A DNA stretch of 64,000 bases. Origin: Octopus sinensis (lineage: Eukaryota). The stretch covers positions 90,272,001 to 90,336,000 of the forward strand of contig NC_043004.1 in the NCBI RefSeq assembly GCF_006345805.1, read 5' to 3'. Of this stretch, positions 35,657 through 49,220 are shown piece after piece (within the stretch, counting starts at the first letter, position 1; every line of letters begins with the position of its first letter). The position numbers and the translations under genes are program-made. The notes below the pieces were generated by a model. The model made no database searches and had not been told where the DNA came from. It saw nothing but the letters and a program-made list of their open reading frames with translations.

Positions 35657-37391
35657 TATTATGTGATTCCAAGATGAGGAAATACAAACGGAAATGATTG
35701 TATGTGTGTGTGTACGTGCGTGTGTGTGTGTGTGTGATGGGCTTCTTTCAGTTTCCATCAACCAAATTCACCTACAAAACTTTTTGCAGAGTTAAGTAGA
35801 AGACATTTGTCCCAGATGCCATGCTGTGGGACAGAACCTGAAACCATGTGATTGGGAAGTAGACCCACATAGTCATGCCTACATCTAAGTATGATTAGTA
35901 AATCGTTGTAAGAGATTTAGCAGCTACATAAGTAAAGAAGTTTCTTATCTTGTTTGTGGAGTTTCTTTTGTAAAGGTGGGAAGTTGTTGAAAGCAATTTG
36001 ACTGTTGTATTATGCAAGCCAAGTAAATATATATCAGCCCACTGACAGCTGAGACATTTTTTTGAGGGAAATTTGTCTGCTGCATTGAACAGATAAAAAT
36101 GTTATATTTTATGAGTTCATCCGAGGAAAAAAAGGTGGTGCCTGTAACATTTTTTTATGTTCATTCAAATTGGAGAGAGACTAATGTTATGGTTCAGTCT
36201 AAGCTCTCTTATTGGCTTATGTGTCTCCAGTTTTAAAAATAGTCGGGTATATTTCTGAGGGTATATTGAGAGCTGTTAGAGCATCAGATTTGTTTTGACA
36301 TTTGGCACTCAGAGTTCAAAGCATGCTGAGGTCAACTTTACCTTTTATCCTTTCGTGGCTAATAAAAATGTATCAATTTAGGGTAGCAGACTATCAGATT
36401 TAAAAAAAAAACATTGAACTGGATACGTTGTTGTATTTGTTCTCTCTCTCTCTCTGTTCAAATCCTGCAATGGCTTACCTTGGTAGTAAACTCAATCCAT
36501 CACCTGATTCATCATCATCATCATCATCATCATCACCTGGAACCACAGATGTCTTTATTGGAGTCAGTTCTGTCGCAAGCATTTAGACAAGATTTCCAGT
36601 TTGTACATACTGCTCTGCCTCTCCCCCTCATGCCAGTTTCTGAGGCCCAGGAAAGGGTTATGGGCACTGTTTTTCCTCCTGGCTATCTCTTTTTTACTTG
36701 TTTCAGTTATTAGAATGTGGTCATGCTGGGGCACCGCCTTGAATTTTTAGTCAAATGAAACAAGCCCGGGACATATTTATTTCTTTTCTTTTTAAGCCTG
36801 GTACTTATTCTATTGCTAAGTTATGGGGACATAAACATATCAACACTGGTTGCCAAGTGGTGGTGGGAGACAAACAGAGACACAATTATACACACACATG
36901 ATGGGCTTCTTGCAGTTTCCGTCAACCATATCCACTCACAATGTTTTGATCAGCCTGAGGGTATAGTAGAAGACACTTGCCCAAGGTGCCATGCAGTGGG
37001 ACTGAACCCAGAACCATGTAGTTGGGAAGCAAACCTTTTACCACACAACCATGCTTGTGCCTAAAAAAGCAAAAATGCTGGAGAGATTTGGTTGCTGCAT
37101 TGACCAGATAAAAAACAACTATGTAGTAGATCCCTGAAAGCAGCAAATAGCACCTGTTTTAAAGCTGTTTGTTGAAATAGCTTTGATTGCTATACTAAAA
37201 CATTTGATGGTATCCAATATTTAGAAGGTCCTTTGCTGGTTTGTAAATATAATTTATTATCTAGGATGGTGATTTCAGCAACTGGTCTTGTTAGTTGGCA
37301 CTGTGTGTAATTTTCTGTGACATTACTGGTTTCTGAAAGTATGTCAACAAAAAGCAGAGCATTTCATGATACAAATTCAGGAGGACAAAAG

Positions 37392-37427
<36 letters not shown>

Positions 37428-37439
37428 CTCCTCTCTCCG

Positions 37440-37499
<60 letters not shown>

Positions 37500-38039
37500 T
37501 GTGTGCAGAGCTTAGCAAAATGGAGATTTTATTTTTGATGAAATTCAATTGTAAACAACGTTCTCATCAAATATTTTGGTCTTTAAAAGGAATCTTAATA
37601 GGTTTATTTATGATTCACTGCAGCTCAGTGACATTTAAATAAAGATATGTATGACAGTTGACACCTTTCACTTGCAGTGTCTTCATGTTCATATGAAGGC
37701 AAAAGAAATTCTCTTTTAACCTTGTGAATACTAACTGCAATTACAAAAATGTTTGAACAGAATTAAATAAGTGTATTTGCCAGGAATGTCAGTATAATTA
37801 AATCTTCAATTTCCAGTCTTTGGTTTTGTCTCAATGTTGATGGTAATGGTGGTGGTGGTGGTGGTAATGATGATGATGATAATAATTTTGCCTACTATGG
37901 GCACAAAGCCTGAAAAATTCGTGGCTGAGGGGCTAGTCAACTGCATTTACCCCAGTGCTCCACTGGTACTTATTTTATTGACCCTGACGAAATGTATTTA
38001 GTCAGAGAGTTGAAGAGATTGTGAAAGACAAAGACAACA

Positions 38040-38190
38040 ATTATTCCTGTGGTAAATGGTAAATGGTACAACTTGGTACAACACCTAAATTGCTACAGAA
38101 GAGGCTGAAGGATATTGGAATTGAGACTCACATTGTCAACCTGCAAAAAAGGTGCCATCCTGTATTGTGCAAGAATCCTGAGAGAGAGAG
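38040..38190 (+). mobile_element. R4/Dong-like LINE extreme C-terminus
   Basis: IIPVV...LGTTPKLLQKRLKDIGIETHIVNLQK..ILYCARILR. Confidence 0.6.
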
Positions 38191-38388
38191 ACTCTTGAGA
38201 TTCTTGAGGTCACATTTGTTTTTCACCAAACCTAAGGAGATGATTGAATTAGCATTAAAGAAAATTGTGTTTACAAAACATGCAGAGCTGGACAAACAAA
38301 ATTATATGATGATGTGGGGAGGAGTAAAGATGGATTAAAAATTTGATGAAATAAAATACAGAATAAGTGGGAAAGTATAATAAAACAA

Positions 38389-39037
38389 TGTTTGTTGCCA
38401 CTTCAACATAGCTGTTCCATACAGAACAAGGTTACTACTCTTTTAGCCCCAGGAGGACACCTTCCACAGCTGGTTAACGACATGAAGCCTGTGTTCAATA
38501 CATTGTGAGCAAGTGAGTGAACTCCTCCCATTCAGTGGTGACAGGACCAGTAGACCAGAACTGATTTTAGGGTCTTACCCTTCTCAGTACTGGACACCTG
38601 TCTGCTAGACATGGCAGTTGTTCATCCCGGTTTGTAATATATAAATAAACAAGAGCACTCAGAAAGTGCAAACCTCTGGCAAGGCAACACCAGTGTCCTC
38701 TCAACAATTAGCCAGAGATGATTTTTAAAATGCAAATGTCTGAAATAAACTTGACTGCTCTCACAAACAAGAACACTAAAAATGAACCCGACCGCTCTCA
38801 TGATCCCAAAATCTAATCAGCTTGTGCCAATCATGAAGCCAAACATCCCTGAAAGTTTCATCTGAATCCATCCTGCAGTTCTTGATATATCTTGTCCACA
38901 GACAAACAAATGCAGCTGAAAACAATACCTCTGCCGTCGCTAAGGCAGAGGTAATAAGTGACTTTCAGTTGATGGCATTAAAAAAGAGTAGTAACATTGT
39001 TCCATACAGAACAGCCATGTTGAAGTGGCAACAAACA
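38389..39037. mobile_element. element bounded by ~56-bp inverted repeats
   Basis: 38389-38444 and 38982-39037 are reverse complements except for the central hairpin loop. Confidence 0.6.
38647..38957 (+). mobile_element. Helentron/HINE-type non-autonomous rolling-circle element
   Basis: 5' AACAAGAG with subterminal ACCTCTGGC. 3' hairpin ACCTCTGCC-GTCGCTAA-GGCAGAGGT followed by AATAA. Confidence 0.6.
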
Positions 39038-39434
39038 ATACTTTTCAGTAGAGTTACTACTTGTGTTTCTTATAGAGATTTTAAAACTAGCTACTTTGCT
39101 TGTTGTACAGTAAAATACACAATAATTAAAACATGATATAACCGTAATCATTACATAAACTTATTTTGATTACCCACTCACCCACTGCTTGAACCTGTAT
39201 GTTAATTGAAGTCAGAGTGTCTCACATTTCTGTTTGGTGGCCAGATATTGTAATTGCTTGTCAACGTCTCTCAGTCTGGGTCACCCCAAAAGAGACTCAT
39301 ATCTTTCAGTTAGAAATATTTTATTCATTCAATTACGTGGTTTTCACCAACATACAATCATTTAAATGTTTCATGATCATCATCATTATCATTGTCGTCA
39401 TCATCATTATCATTATCATCATCATTATTATTAT

Positions 39435-41470
39435 TTAATGTTGTTTGTTTTTGGTCCTGGCATGGGTTAGACAGTTTGAGCATGATCTGTATGGCTGGAT
39501 GCCCTTCTTAATGCCAACCACTTTAAAGTATGTATTGGGTGCTTTTTTTCTCATGCATCCAGCACTATGAGATTACCACATAACTTGCAAGAGAGGAAAA
39601 GAACAAAAAAAGAAAAAAGCTAAGTGTGGGGTGAATGAGTATTTGACAGTGAGGGAGGTTGCTTTTGACCAGGTGTCAGGAGGTTAATATATGTTAGAAG
39701 GTGGCGGACTGGCAGAAACGGTAGCACACCGGGCGAAATGTTTAGCGGTATTTCGTCTGCCATTACGTTCTGAGTTCAAATTCCACCGAAGTCGACTTTG
39801 CCTTTCATCCTTTCGGGGTCGATAAATAAAGTACCAGTTTCGTACTGGGATCAATGTAATCGTCTTAATCCCTTCGTCTGTCTTTGTTTGTCTCCTCTAT
39901 GTTTAGCCCCCTGTGGGTAGTGAAGAAATAAATATATGTTAGAGGGACAAGTGCAGATGTCTTACTACAGAGAAGATACAAGGCTATCCTGCATTATATA
40001 AGGGTGGGTGGGAGTAGCTGGGAAGAAGATAAGAGAGTAGTGATGGAGGTACCAGTGTAAACCATCAAAGAGTAGGGAAGCAAGCATAAGAGAGGATACA
40101 GACAGTGGATTTGGAGGGAGGAAGGGCTATGAGAATGTGAGGGAAGTGTAACAGATGGTTAGAGGTGGGGATGAGGGGAATGTAGTGTGATGAAGAGTGG
40201 TGGATGTGTGTCTTGATGGGAAATATCAGTATGGTGGGGTAAGATGAGAGAGATAGAAATGGACCAGGGATTACAGATCAGGAAGTAGGAGATGATGAGT
40301 AAGGGGTAGGAGTAATGAGTGGGGAAAAAAGATGTAGAGGTACAAGAGGGCATTGAAAGTGATAGCAGATATGAGAAGTGTTAAGATAAATCAAGGCAGA
40401 TTGTCAGGTGAGACAACCGGAGACACAGAAAGGAGGTGACTGGTAAAAATAGTGTGAGAAGGGATGAGAGTGAGAGTGAGAAATGGAAGTGGTTCCAGGT
40501 GGAGGAAGGTAATAAATGTTGGCACAAAGAATAGGGGTAGGGATGTAATATGTGCTGAGGTGGCTGAATGTAAAGGAAAAGAAGGGATTAGGGAGAGGTA
40601 GGTAATGCTTGATAGGACAACAGGTGTAGGGACAGGGCCCAGTATATACAAGCATTAGACAAAATCTTTCATGACCTCGTCTTTGCCGTGATGGACAGGT
40701 CTTCTTGAGCACTGCAAACCGTCAATCATCTAAGTCCTTTGTCATCTCCTTTGTGAGGTTCAGCATCTTGAGATCAATTTTCACAACTTCATCTCATGTC
40801 TTCCTGGGTCTCCTTCTTCCACAAGTTGTGTCTACTTTAAGCAAGTGGTACTTGTTTATGTGGCTATGAATCACATAACCAGACCAGACGAGTCTTCTTT
40901 CTTGTACACTATGTCTATTTCCTCTTATGCCTGATATTCTTCTCTATACATTAGCACTTAGTTATACAAGCACACTGACAATATAGAGAACATGTGAAGT
41001 GTAGAGAAGAACAAGGCTAGGACTCTCTGTTGGATGCATACTGACATTGAACATCCAACAGAATGTACCAGCTTCATTCCTCTCTAGTCTTCACATGTCC
41101 TCTACATTCAGGGCCCATGTCTCCCTACCATGTAATATCACTGTTCTTATAATCATAAAATCCAATTTTCACTTGGGGAGAGAGGGACCTTTTGTTACCA
41201 ACAGAAATAATAGCTCTCTGAATTTTCTCCAGACTATCTATTTTTAGAACATCCTCCTCCACTGCTAATTAGGTCACCCAGGCAACAAAAACTATCTACT
41301 ACCTCCAGGGAGCCTCCATGGCTTTCGAGAAAATCTATCTTGTATGTTTCCTTAGATTTTATATGCACGTCTTCCATGTTAAACACTATTTTCTCTGTTA
41401 GCCTTCCTGTGATGCTACTGTACCTCTTGCATATCCATAGCTTGGTTGACATTGTTTCCCCCCACTCCAT
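39435..41470 (-). mobile_element. older RTE subfamily 3' end with ~1-kb pyrimidine-rich 3' UTR
   Basis: LEVVDSFCCLGDLISSGGGC, LHGRETWALNVEDM and RPRKT.DEVVKIDLKMLNLTKEM, then a CT-rich UTR and the shared AGGAAGGGCATCCAGC-type tail. A similar CT-rich block lies at ~5880..6500 (+). Confidence 0.7.
39699..39930 (+). mobile_element. SINE B with 13-bp TSD
   Basis: TSD AATATATGTTAGA at 39686-39698 and 39931-39943. Confidence 0.9.
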
Positions 41471-42371
41471 ATAACAAGTGAAACAACTCATTATTGTTTT
41501 AAATAACTGAGTCCCTGACTATAAGCTTTGCTTTTACTTTTTTTCCTGGAAGTTTTCCGAGAGGATTGTCTATAATTTTTTTTTTCCTTCTCTCTCTCAC
41601 TCTTTTCTATTATGCTACATGCGTTAAATGAACAGTTTCTGTTGTATGAGTGTAAACTCAACTCAACTTATTTACTGCCTGCAAAATTTAAAATGATATG
41701 GAAACAGGATAATTAAATGAAGTGGGAAAGGAAGAGATATAAAGGACGAGGGAAATATATTTGTGAGAACTGTTAGAGAGGGATGAACAGGGGAAAAGTG
41801 AGGACAGAGACAGAAATGAAAAGTAGAGGAAGATAAGAGATAACAAAATAAAAATGTTAATCGGGAAAACAGTTCTTCAATTCTTTTAAGTGAAACACAA
41901 GCAGCAAAACAATCAATGAAATATTTGACATTGTCATTGGAGAGAGGAGTGTTGGAAAACTGAACTTATATGTCCTAAATGCAATCCACTTTGAATATTC
42001 TTTAGAAGCTATATTCCCCTTCTCTTCTTCCCAAAAAGAAAAGCTCTGCTTTGTATTTTGTCCCTTCTCTGTTTAGCCCTGCATGGCCAATAAAGAAATC
42101 TATATAGTATCAGTATCTTCAAACTTATTTCTCTTAGGATCCTCGAGAGCCATGGTTGTGGGGTTAAGAAATTTACTTTTTAACCATGTGGCTTCAGGGT
42201 TTTAGGTTCAGTTCCATTATGTATAGCATCTTGGACTGTTGACCTGTACTTTAGCCTCAGGCCAACCAAAACCATATGAGTGGATTTGATAGTTGGAAAG
42301 TGAAAGCAGCCCATTATACATGCATGTGTGTGTGTGTGTGTGTGTGTGTGTTTATGCATATATAATTGTCT

Positions 42372-42407
42372 GTCTATCTATCTATCTATCTGTCTATCTA
42401 TTTGTCA

Positions 42408-42487
<80 letters not shown>

Positions 42488-42512
42488 GTCTATCTATCTG
42501 TCCATCTATCTG

Positions 42513-42587
<75 letters not shown>

Positions 42588-42588
42588 C
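42372..42588. repeat. (ATCT)n microsatellite
   Basis: Seen directly. Confidence 0.95.
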
Positions 42589-43196
42589 TATATAATATTA
42601 GGCTAAGTGTGTGTGTGTGATTTTGTCTCTTAGTCATGACATTAAGTGTTAAATGTAAATGAGTGTCATATAGATATTGTGCTTCATTTTCAGTGTTAGT
42701 CATTGTTTCCGTTGATTATACTTTTCCCCACTAAGGTGTGGCCTTGAACCTTTGGTAAAAATCTACATTAAGTAAATAAGTAAATGAAATTGCTAGAATT
42801 ATTTCTCTAATATTCCAAGTTCAAATTTCACTGAGGCTAGTTTTGTTGCCGACCTTTTGTGGGTATAATACAATTAAGTAAAATACCAGTCAATTACTGG
42901 AGTAATTTCAATATTTCTATGTCTAGCCTTGGGAAAATATTATCTTGCTGGAGGCAACAGATGATGTTGGTAACAGGAAGGGCATCTAGACATAGAAATT
43001 TTGTGTCAACAGATTCTATATGATTCATATAAGCATGGAAAGTGGTTGGTGTTACGAGGAGCATCCAACCATAGAAAACATGCTAAAGCTGACATTGGAG
43101 CCCAGTGCTGTGACTTGACAGACTTTATCCAGCCCATGTCAGTATGGAAAATGAATGTTAAATGACGACGATGATGATGATAATATATATATATAT

Positions 43197-43513
43197 ACCG
43201 GTGGCACATAAAAAGCACCATCCGAACGTTGCCAGCGCTGCCTTGGCTGGCATCCGTGCCGCTGGCACGTTAAAAGCTCCAACCGATTGTGGCCGATGCC
43301 GGACCCCCCCCCCTGGCACCTGTGCAGGTGGCACGTAAAAAGCACCCACTACACTCGCGGAGTGGTTGGTGTTAGGAAGGGCATCCAGCTGTAGAAACAC
43401 TGCCAGATCAGACTGGAGCCTGGAGCAGCCCCTGGCTTCCCAGACCCCGGTCGAACCGTCCAACCCGTGTTAGTGCGGAAAACGGACGTTAAACGATGAT
43501 GATGATGATGATG
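43197..43513 (+). mobile_element. RTE 3' UTR copy
   Basis: Two tandem units plus the family tail and (GAT)n. Confidence 0.85.
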
Positions 43514-43924
43514 ACTGCACTTCTAGTCTTACCAACAGAGTAGAAGATGCTTTGCTGACGAGGTCCAATAATGCTTAAACATGTTGCTTTCAGTGACGAA
43601 AAGTTACTGGAAAAAGGATATAAATATATGCATTGGGACTCCTTTCATCGAAGTTTTTAAAAATATTTATTTCCAGTTTTCTAGCGTCAGTGACGACTCT
43701 TTATCTATATCTTGCTATCCATCTCTCTCTCTCTATCTGGTTCCTTCGATACTGGTTCTTTGGTTCCATGACAAATTTCGCATCAACCTGTACAATTCTT
43801 TATTTTCTGTAAAAATTCATTTACTTTCTGCCATCATATTAAGAAATATAATTTCCGCAACCCAGTTATTTTCATTGTTTACTATCCTGTATACACATAT
43901 ACTATACTGTATACACATATAACC

Positions 43925-44520
43925 ATGCCTAGAAGGAAATTGTCAAATTTGCCTACCATGTCAAGGTCAGCCAAAAAAATGTCTCTGTCCAGGGAAAGAG
44001 AGACAGCTGCAGAAAAGGAAGCATACAAAGAAACGAATAGACTGTGCTCTACAAAAGCCAGAGCATCTCAAAGTGATGAACAGAGGTATGCACAGCTGAC
44101 AAGGAATAGGATCTCCACTGCAGAATGAAGAATAGTTGCAACAGCTCAGAGAAGCAACTGCTATGAAGCAGCTTTCAATTATGATCCAGCATTCATTATG
44201 CAGATTACACTAGAATTTCCATTGATGCAATGACAACTGAGTGTATACATTATAAAGCAAAGAAGTGGCCTGGAGAGACACTCCCTGCAATCCCCCAACC
44301 TCCAGAGCCAATGAAAAAATTGTTATCAACTGACCATGATTCCAAGCACTTCCAAAACAAAATTAGACTATACAACACTGCACTACAGATGACATCATTT
44401 GGAGCCACAAGAGATTTAACTGAGCCAGGATTCATATAAACTTTCAAGATCCAAGGTCAGATTTATCATCGGATTCGCTCTCTACTACCTCTGCCAAATG
44501 AATCACCAAAATTGGCCTTT
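43925..44520 (+). pseudogene. Helitron Rep/helicase N-terminal fragment
   Basis: AAFNYDP, CIHYKAKKWPGET, PPEPMKKLL...SKHFQNKIRLYNTALQMTSFGA and TFKIQGQIYHRIRSLLPLP, with stops and frameshifts. Confidence 0.85.
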
Positions 44521-44603
44521 CATTGTTTATAATCTGTACTTGTTTTTCGGTTACATACATACATATATACACATACATTCATGCATACATACATGCTTGC
44601 ATG

Positions 44604-44634
<31 letters not shown>

Positions 44635-44694
44635 ACACGCATATGTACTTGGAAATGGATGTGTGGCATTCAATCATATAATATAATATATATT

Positions 44695-45140
44695 GGTTGG
44701 CATCCTTTTTGTCTTGGGAGACAATGGAGTTGCGCATAAAATAGTCCAGTCCGGCTTTTACATTTCATGTCCTGATACACTTCCTGCTGTGCTGTGTAGT
44801 CCTATCCTGGACAAACACTCCCTCTGGCAGATACTGCAAATGTAGCGAAGACTGTTCCTGGCCGGTTGTAATGTCATAGTTTCTTGTTGACGTCTTTTCT
44901 TGTCTTTCCATTTCTCCTCTCTCTCTCACTCCTTTGTATTCCCTCTTTTACGGTACGTCGCCATTCTCCACAGTTGCCGGCAACTGCCTCCCAACCGCTA
45001 ATATGATGTTGCAGGCCTTCATGTCCCTTTTGCAAACATCCTTGTAACGTAAGAACGGTCTACCACAGACCTAGTACCCCTAGCAAACTCTCCGTAGAGT
45101 ATGTCCTTGGGGATTCTGCCATCTTTCATACGGCTAACAT
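44695..45140 (-). mobile_element. second RTE family (BovB-like) 3' end
   Basis: RMKDGRIPKDILYGEFARGTRS.GRPFLRYKDVCKRDMKAC, and 3' terminus CATTGTCTCCCAAGACAAAAAGGATGCC. Confidence 0.8.
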
Positions 45141-45196
<56 letters not shown>

Positions 45197-45447
45197 TATA
45201 TACATACATATATGTACATACTTACGTATATATATGTATATACATATGCATATATAGGTACAGAATGTTATAAAACATAAACAACATGAAATACAAAATA
45301 CAAAAACATAGAATATGAACGTTTTTTGCAAACAACGAAAGAAACAAATGGAAAACAATTCTACATTTTCTGTTTGACAAATGAGAATGTGAAACTCTGA
45401 GTAACAGTTTTTGCAATGTCTTTGCAACTTTCGGTATTTGAGTACTA

Positions 45448-45680
45448 AAGGCAATGAGCTGGCGGAAATGTTAGCACGCCGGGCAAAATGCGTAGACGTA
45501 TTTCGTCTGCTGTTACGTTCTGAGTTCAAATTCTGCCGAGGTCGACTTTACCTTTCATCCTTTCGGGGTTGATTAAATAAGTACCAGTTACGCACTGGGG
45601 TCGATATAATCGACGTAATCCGTTTGTCTGTCCTTGTTTGTCCTCTCTGTGTTTAGCCCCTTGTGAGCAGTAAAGAAATA
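45448..45680 (+). mobile_element. SINE B with 15-bp TSD
   Basis: TSD GGTATTTGAGTACTA at 45433-45447 and 45681-45695. Confidence 0.92.
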
Positions 45681-46371
45681 GGTATTTGAGTACTATATTT
45701 TCCACTTTGTTTCACATTTATGTGATTATTCTGGTATAATATATATACATTAAAAATGGGGATCACCTTGTGGGATCACCTTAGGTTTCCCGTCCATAAA
45801 GGGTTTAACTTTATGGCGTATCAGCAGATCTGAAAACCTGTTGGCCCAAGACCTCTTATATATGTGTGTATATGTATATATGTTTTGCAGCATTAAATAA
45901 AGACAACAAATGGAAAATATGACATACCTATATATAATTAAAAAAAAAAAAGTGTAGTAAATAAACAAATAAACATATACTAAATACACAGGTGAACAGA
46001 AAAGACAGGTTACCAATTATTCATCAGTTATTGGCCAGAGGGTCAAACACAATTTCAGCCAATATACATACATATATATATATATATATATAATATCAAC
46101 AATTGAGGGTAAAATTAATTAATCAATTTCACCAAGTGTTCAGTATGTAAAAGGACCATTTAAGGCGAATTCAAAATATTACATTATATAATTAGGGCTT
46201 AGTAAAATAAATTACTTTGCCACATACTGAACTTAGTAGAAATAGCAGCCAAAAAAATTTTTAGCCATTTCTACTACTTAAAGAAAATTTCTCTCAGATA
46301 ATGTTTACTCCAGACAGCTCACGAAGGCTTGGAGGTAAATACAGAAAAATATCACAAGTACATAGATCGTT

Positions 46372-46430
46372 TGAGTACGTCAACGTTTCAAGATTAGCCA
46401 AATAAAATCAGCATTTCTTTCGTCAGCTCA
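46372..46430 (-). ncRNA. type I hammerhead ribozyme, intact core
   Basis: TGAG-CTGACGA-AAGA...TCTT-GAAA-CG-TTGA-CG-T-A-CTCA. Stem I is 4 bp, stem II 4 bp plus extension, stem III ACG/CGT, cleavage triplet GTA. Confidence 0.75.
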
Positions 46431-46617
46431 TATATATATGTATAAGGGTGAAAAGGAAGATACGAGTTGATATATATGAAAAAACAAGTCAAAATAGAAA
46501 ATGCTTTCCATTCGTGTCCGCTGCCAGCCTCGCCTGGCCCCCGTGTCGGTGACACGTAAAAGCACCATTCGTTCGTGGCTGTTTGCCAGCTCTGTCTGGC
46601 CCCTGTGTCGGTGGCAC

Positions 46618-46717
46618 NNNNNNNNNNNNNNNNNNNNNNNNNNNNNNNNNNNNNNNNNNNNNNNNNNNNNNNNNNNNNNNNNNNNNNNNNNNNNNNNNNN
46701 NNNNNNNNNNNNNNNNN
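46618..46717. other. assembly gap (100 N)
   Basis: N run flanked by RTE tandem units on the left and an RTE ORF scrap on the right. Confidence 0.99.
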
Positions 46718-47304
46718 AGATCGAGCAGGGCCATCTTCCTGAGATATTGGGGAGATGTCTACCTTTTACTTAATATATATATTATATATAGTATATATAT
46801 ATATATAAAATTAAGTACTGGTGATCTTGAAATGAAGGTGCGGGTGCATGTGCATATATATAGATCTAAGCAAAAAATATTGCCTTTCATCCTTTCGGGG
46901 TCGATAAATTAAGTACCAGTTACGCACTGGGGTCTATGTAATCGACTTAATCCCTTTGTCTGTCCTTGTTTGTCTCCTCTGTGTTTAGCCCCTTGAGGGT
47001 AGTAAAGAAATATATATATTATCATGGCACTCCCAAATTCTGCTTCTTCTTCCCCTTCCCCTCTTCCTCCTTCCTTTTTTTTTTCTTCTTCCCTACCAAG
47101 AATTCTCAAGGACCTCGAACCCACACGTGTGAACAAGAGAGACAGAGACAGGCAGAAACAAGGAAAATGCCACTTGTATTTGAACACTATACAAATATTC
47201 TTTTAAAAAAACTTTTCTTTTAATTTTTCTAAATTTAATTATTTAATCGTTACAGTTGAAAAGGTCTGAAATGACTGAAACTGGTACTGAAATGTTTTTT
47301 GTTT

Positions 47305-47716
47305 ATTCTTTCTTTATTCTTTTACTTGTTTCAGTCATTTGAATGTGGCCATGCTGGAGCACCGCCTTTAGTCGAGCAAATCGACCCCAGGACTTAGTCT
47401 TTGTAAGCCCAGTACTTATTCTATCGGTCTCTTTTGCCGAACCGCTAAGTAACGGGGACGTAAACACACCAGCATCGGTCGTCAAGCGATGTTGAGGGGA
47501 CAAACACAGACACACAAACACACACACATATATATATATATATACATATATACGACAGGCTTCTTTCAGTTTCCGTCTACCAAATCCACTCACAAGGCAT
47601 TGGTCGGCCCGGGGCTATAGCAGAAGACACTTGCCCAAGATGCCACGCAGTGGGACTGAACCCAGAACCCTGTAGTTGGTAAGCAAGCTACTTACCACAC
47701 AGCCACTCCTGCGCCT
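47305..47716 (-). mobile_element. SINE A, full length (3' halves on + at ~47775..47990 and ~48005..48235)
   Basis: Complete reverse-complement copy. Confidence 0.9.
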
Positions 47717-48656
47717 AAAATTATTTTAGCATTTTCTTTCTTGACTTTTTTTCCCATATATATATTTATATTTATATATGTATTTGTGTATCTGTTTGTT
47801 CCCCTACCATCGCTTGATAACCGATGCTGGTGTGTTTCCGTCCCCACAAACTAGCGGTTCGGCAAAAAAGACCGATAAAGTAAGTACTAGACTCACAAAG
47901 AATAAGTCCTGAGGTCGATTTCCTCGACTAAAGGTGGCGCTGCAGCATGCCCGCAGTCAAATGACTGAAACAAGTAAAAGAATAAAAATATACATACATA
48001 TATACATACAAGTGTGTTTGTGTTTGTCCCCCTTTACTGCTTGACAACCGCTGTTGGTTTGTTTACATCCCATAACTTAGCGGTTCGACAAAGAAAGAGA
48101 CCGAAAGAATGAATTCCAGGTCTGAAAAAAAACAAAAAAAAAACAGAAGTACTGGAGGTGATTTATTCAACTAAACACTTCGAGGCGGTGCACCAGCATG
48201 GCCGCATTTCAATGCCTGAAACAAGTAAAAGATAAAATGTATAGATAGTTTCGGGTACACACACATATACACACACACTGTTGTACATTTCAACTGCTAG
48301 CTCCTGCTGATTACTACTAGTGCTCTTGCCGCTGCTGCTGTTACAGCTGTTAACAAGTACTCAAACTCCCACTCGACTTATTGAGAACTCCCTCAGGAAT
48401 AACAAACTTGTAGTAACTTTTCGTCTCTTCTCTTTCATAAAAGTCAAGGCAACTTTATCTATCACTGTTCTTAAAAGAAGTTCATACATATCTTGATAAT
48501 AACTTATCTGATTCCAACACTTCTCTCTATATATTTTATTGTCGGGAATACCATAATTTCTGCTTCGTCCATGGCAAAATAGTGAGCAACATGTACACAG
48601 AATGTGTTAACTTGGGTGAGTAGAAGATAATTGCTTTAAAAGTTGAAGCAACTCAC

Positions 48657-48677
48657 TTTGTATATTTCTATCTTTGT
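48657..48677 (-). CDS. candidate 21-nt microexon (TKIEIYK)
   Basis: Acceptor TTTTCCCCTTTCTTGTTCAG, donor GTGAGT, phase 0-0. Confidence 0.4.
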
Positions 48678-48757
48678 CTGAACAAGAAAGGGGAAAATGT
48701 ATAACAATTTCTGTATTAGTAACTTACTGATCTTTATCCTTTATATATATATAATAT

Positions 48758-48803
<46 letters not shown>

Positions 48804-49220
48804 CTGTAATATTCCACTTTTCTTTAAAATTCATAACGTAGTAAACCTGTGCTTTAATAAAAAAAACTTTTTAATGTTGTTTAAACCTAAGTCAACTTTG
48901 ATCAGGTTGATTTATGATCAAACGTATTCCAATGTCTGATGGTTCTATATATATATATATATACATACATACATACACACCCACAGACATCTTGGGTGTG
49001 AAATATTTGTAGTTAATACCTTATAAAATTAGGAATCGTAAAGAAAAAAATCCATTCATTGTCTTTAAGGTAAGGCTTATCCTTTAATAAAATATTTCAG
49101 GAATATTTTCCATATGTGTGTGTATATATATATATATAGATATATATCTATAATGTTTATAAATAATAGGCGACACATGGAATACAAAAGATAGTTCTAA
49201 AAAAAAGTATTAGTACTTAC

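Noticed and set aside
36060-37130. Two similar GCTGCATTGA.CAGATAAAAA words resembling duplicated minus-strand acceptors
   Set aside because: Similarity is too short and the downstream frames are unrelated.
45774-45830. Decayed hammerhead-like motifs here and at ~21910-21955, ~43550-43592 and 58939-58980
   Set aside because: Stem II is recognisable, but core nucleotides are mutated. They are kept only as supporting context, not as functional RNA calls.
46500-46912. ORFs spanning the N run
   Set aside because: These are artefacts of the assembly gap and flanking RTE scraps.
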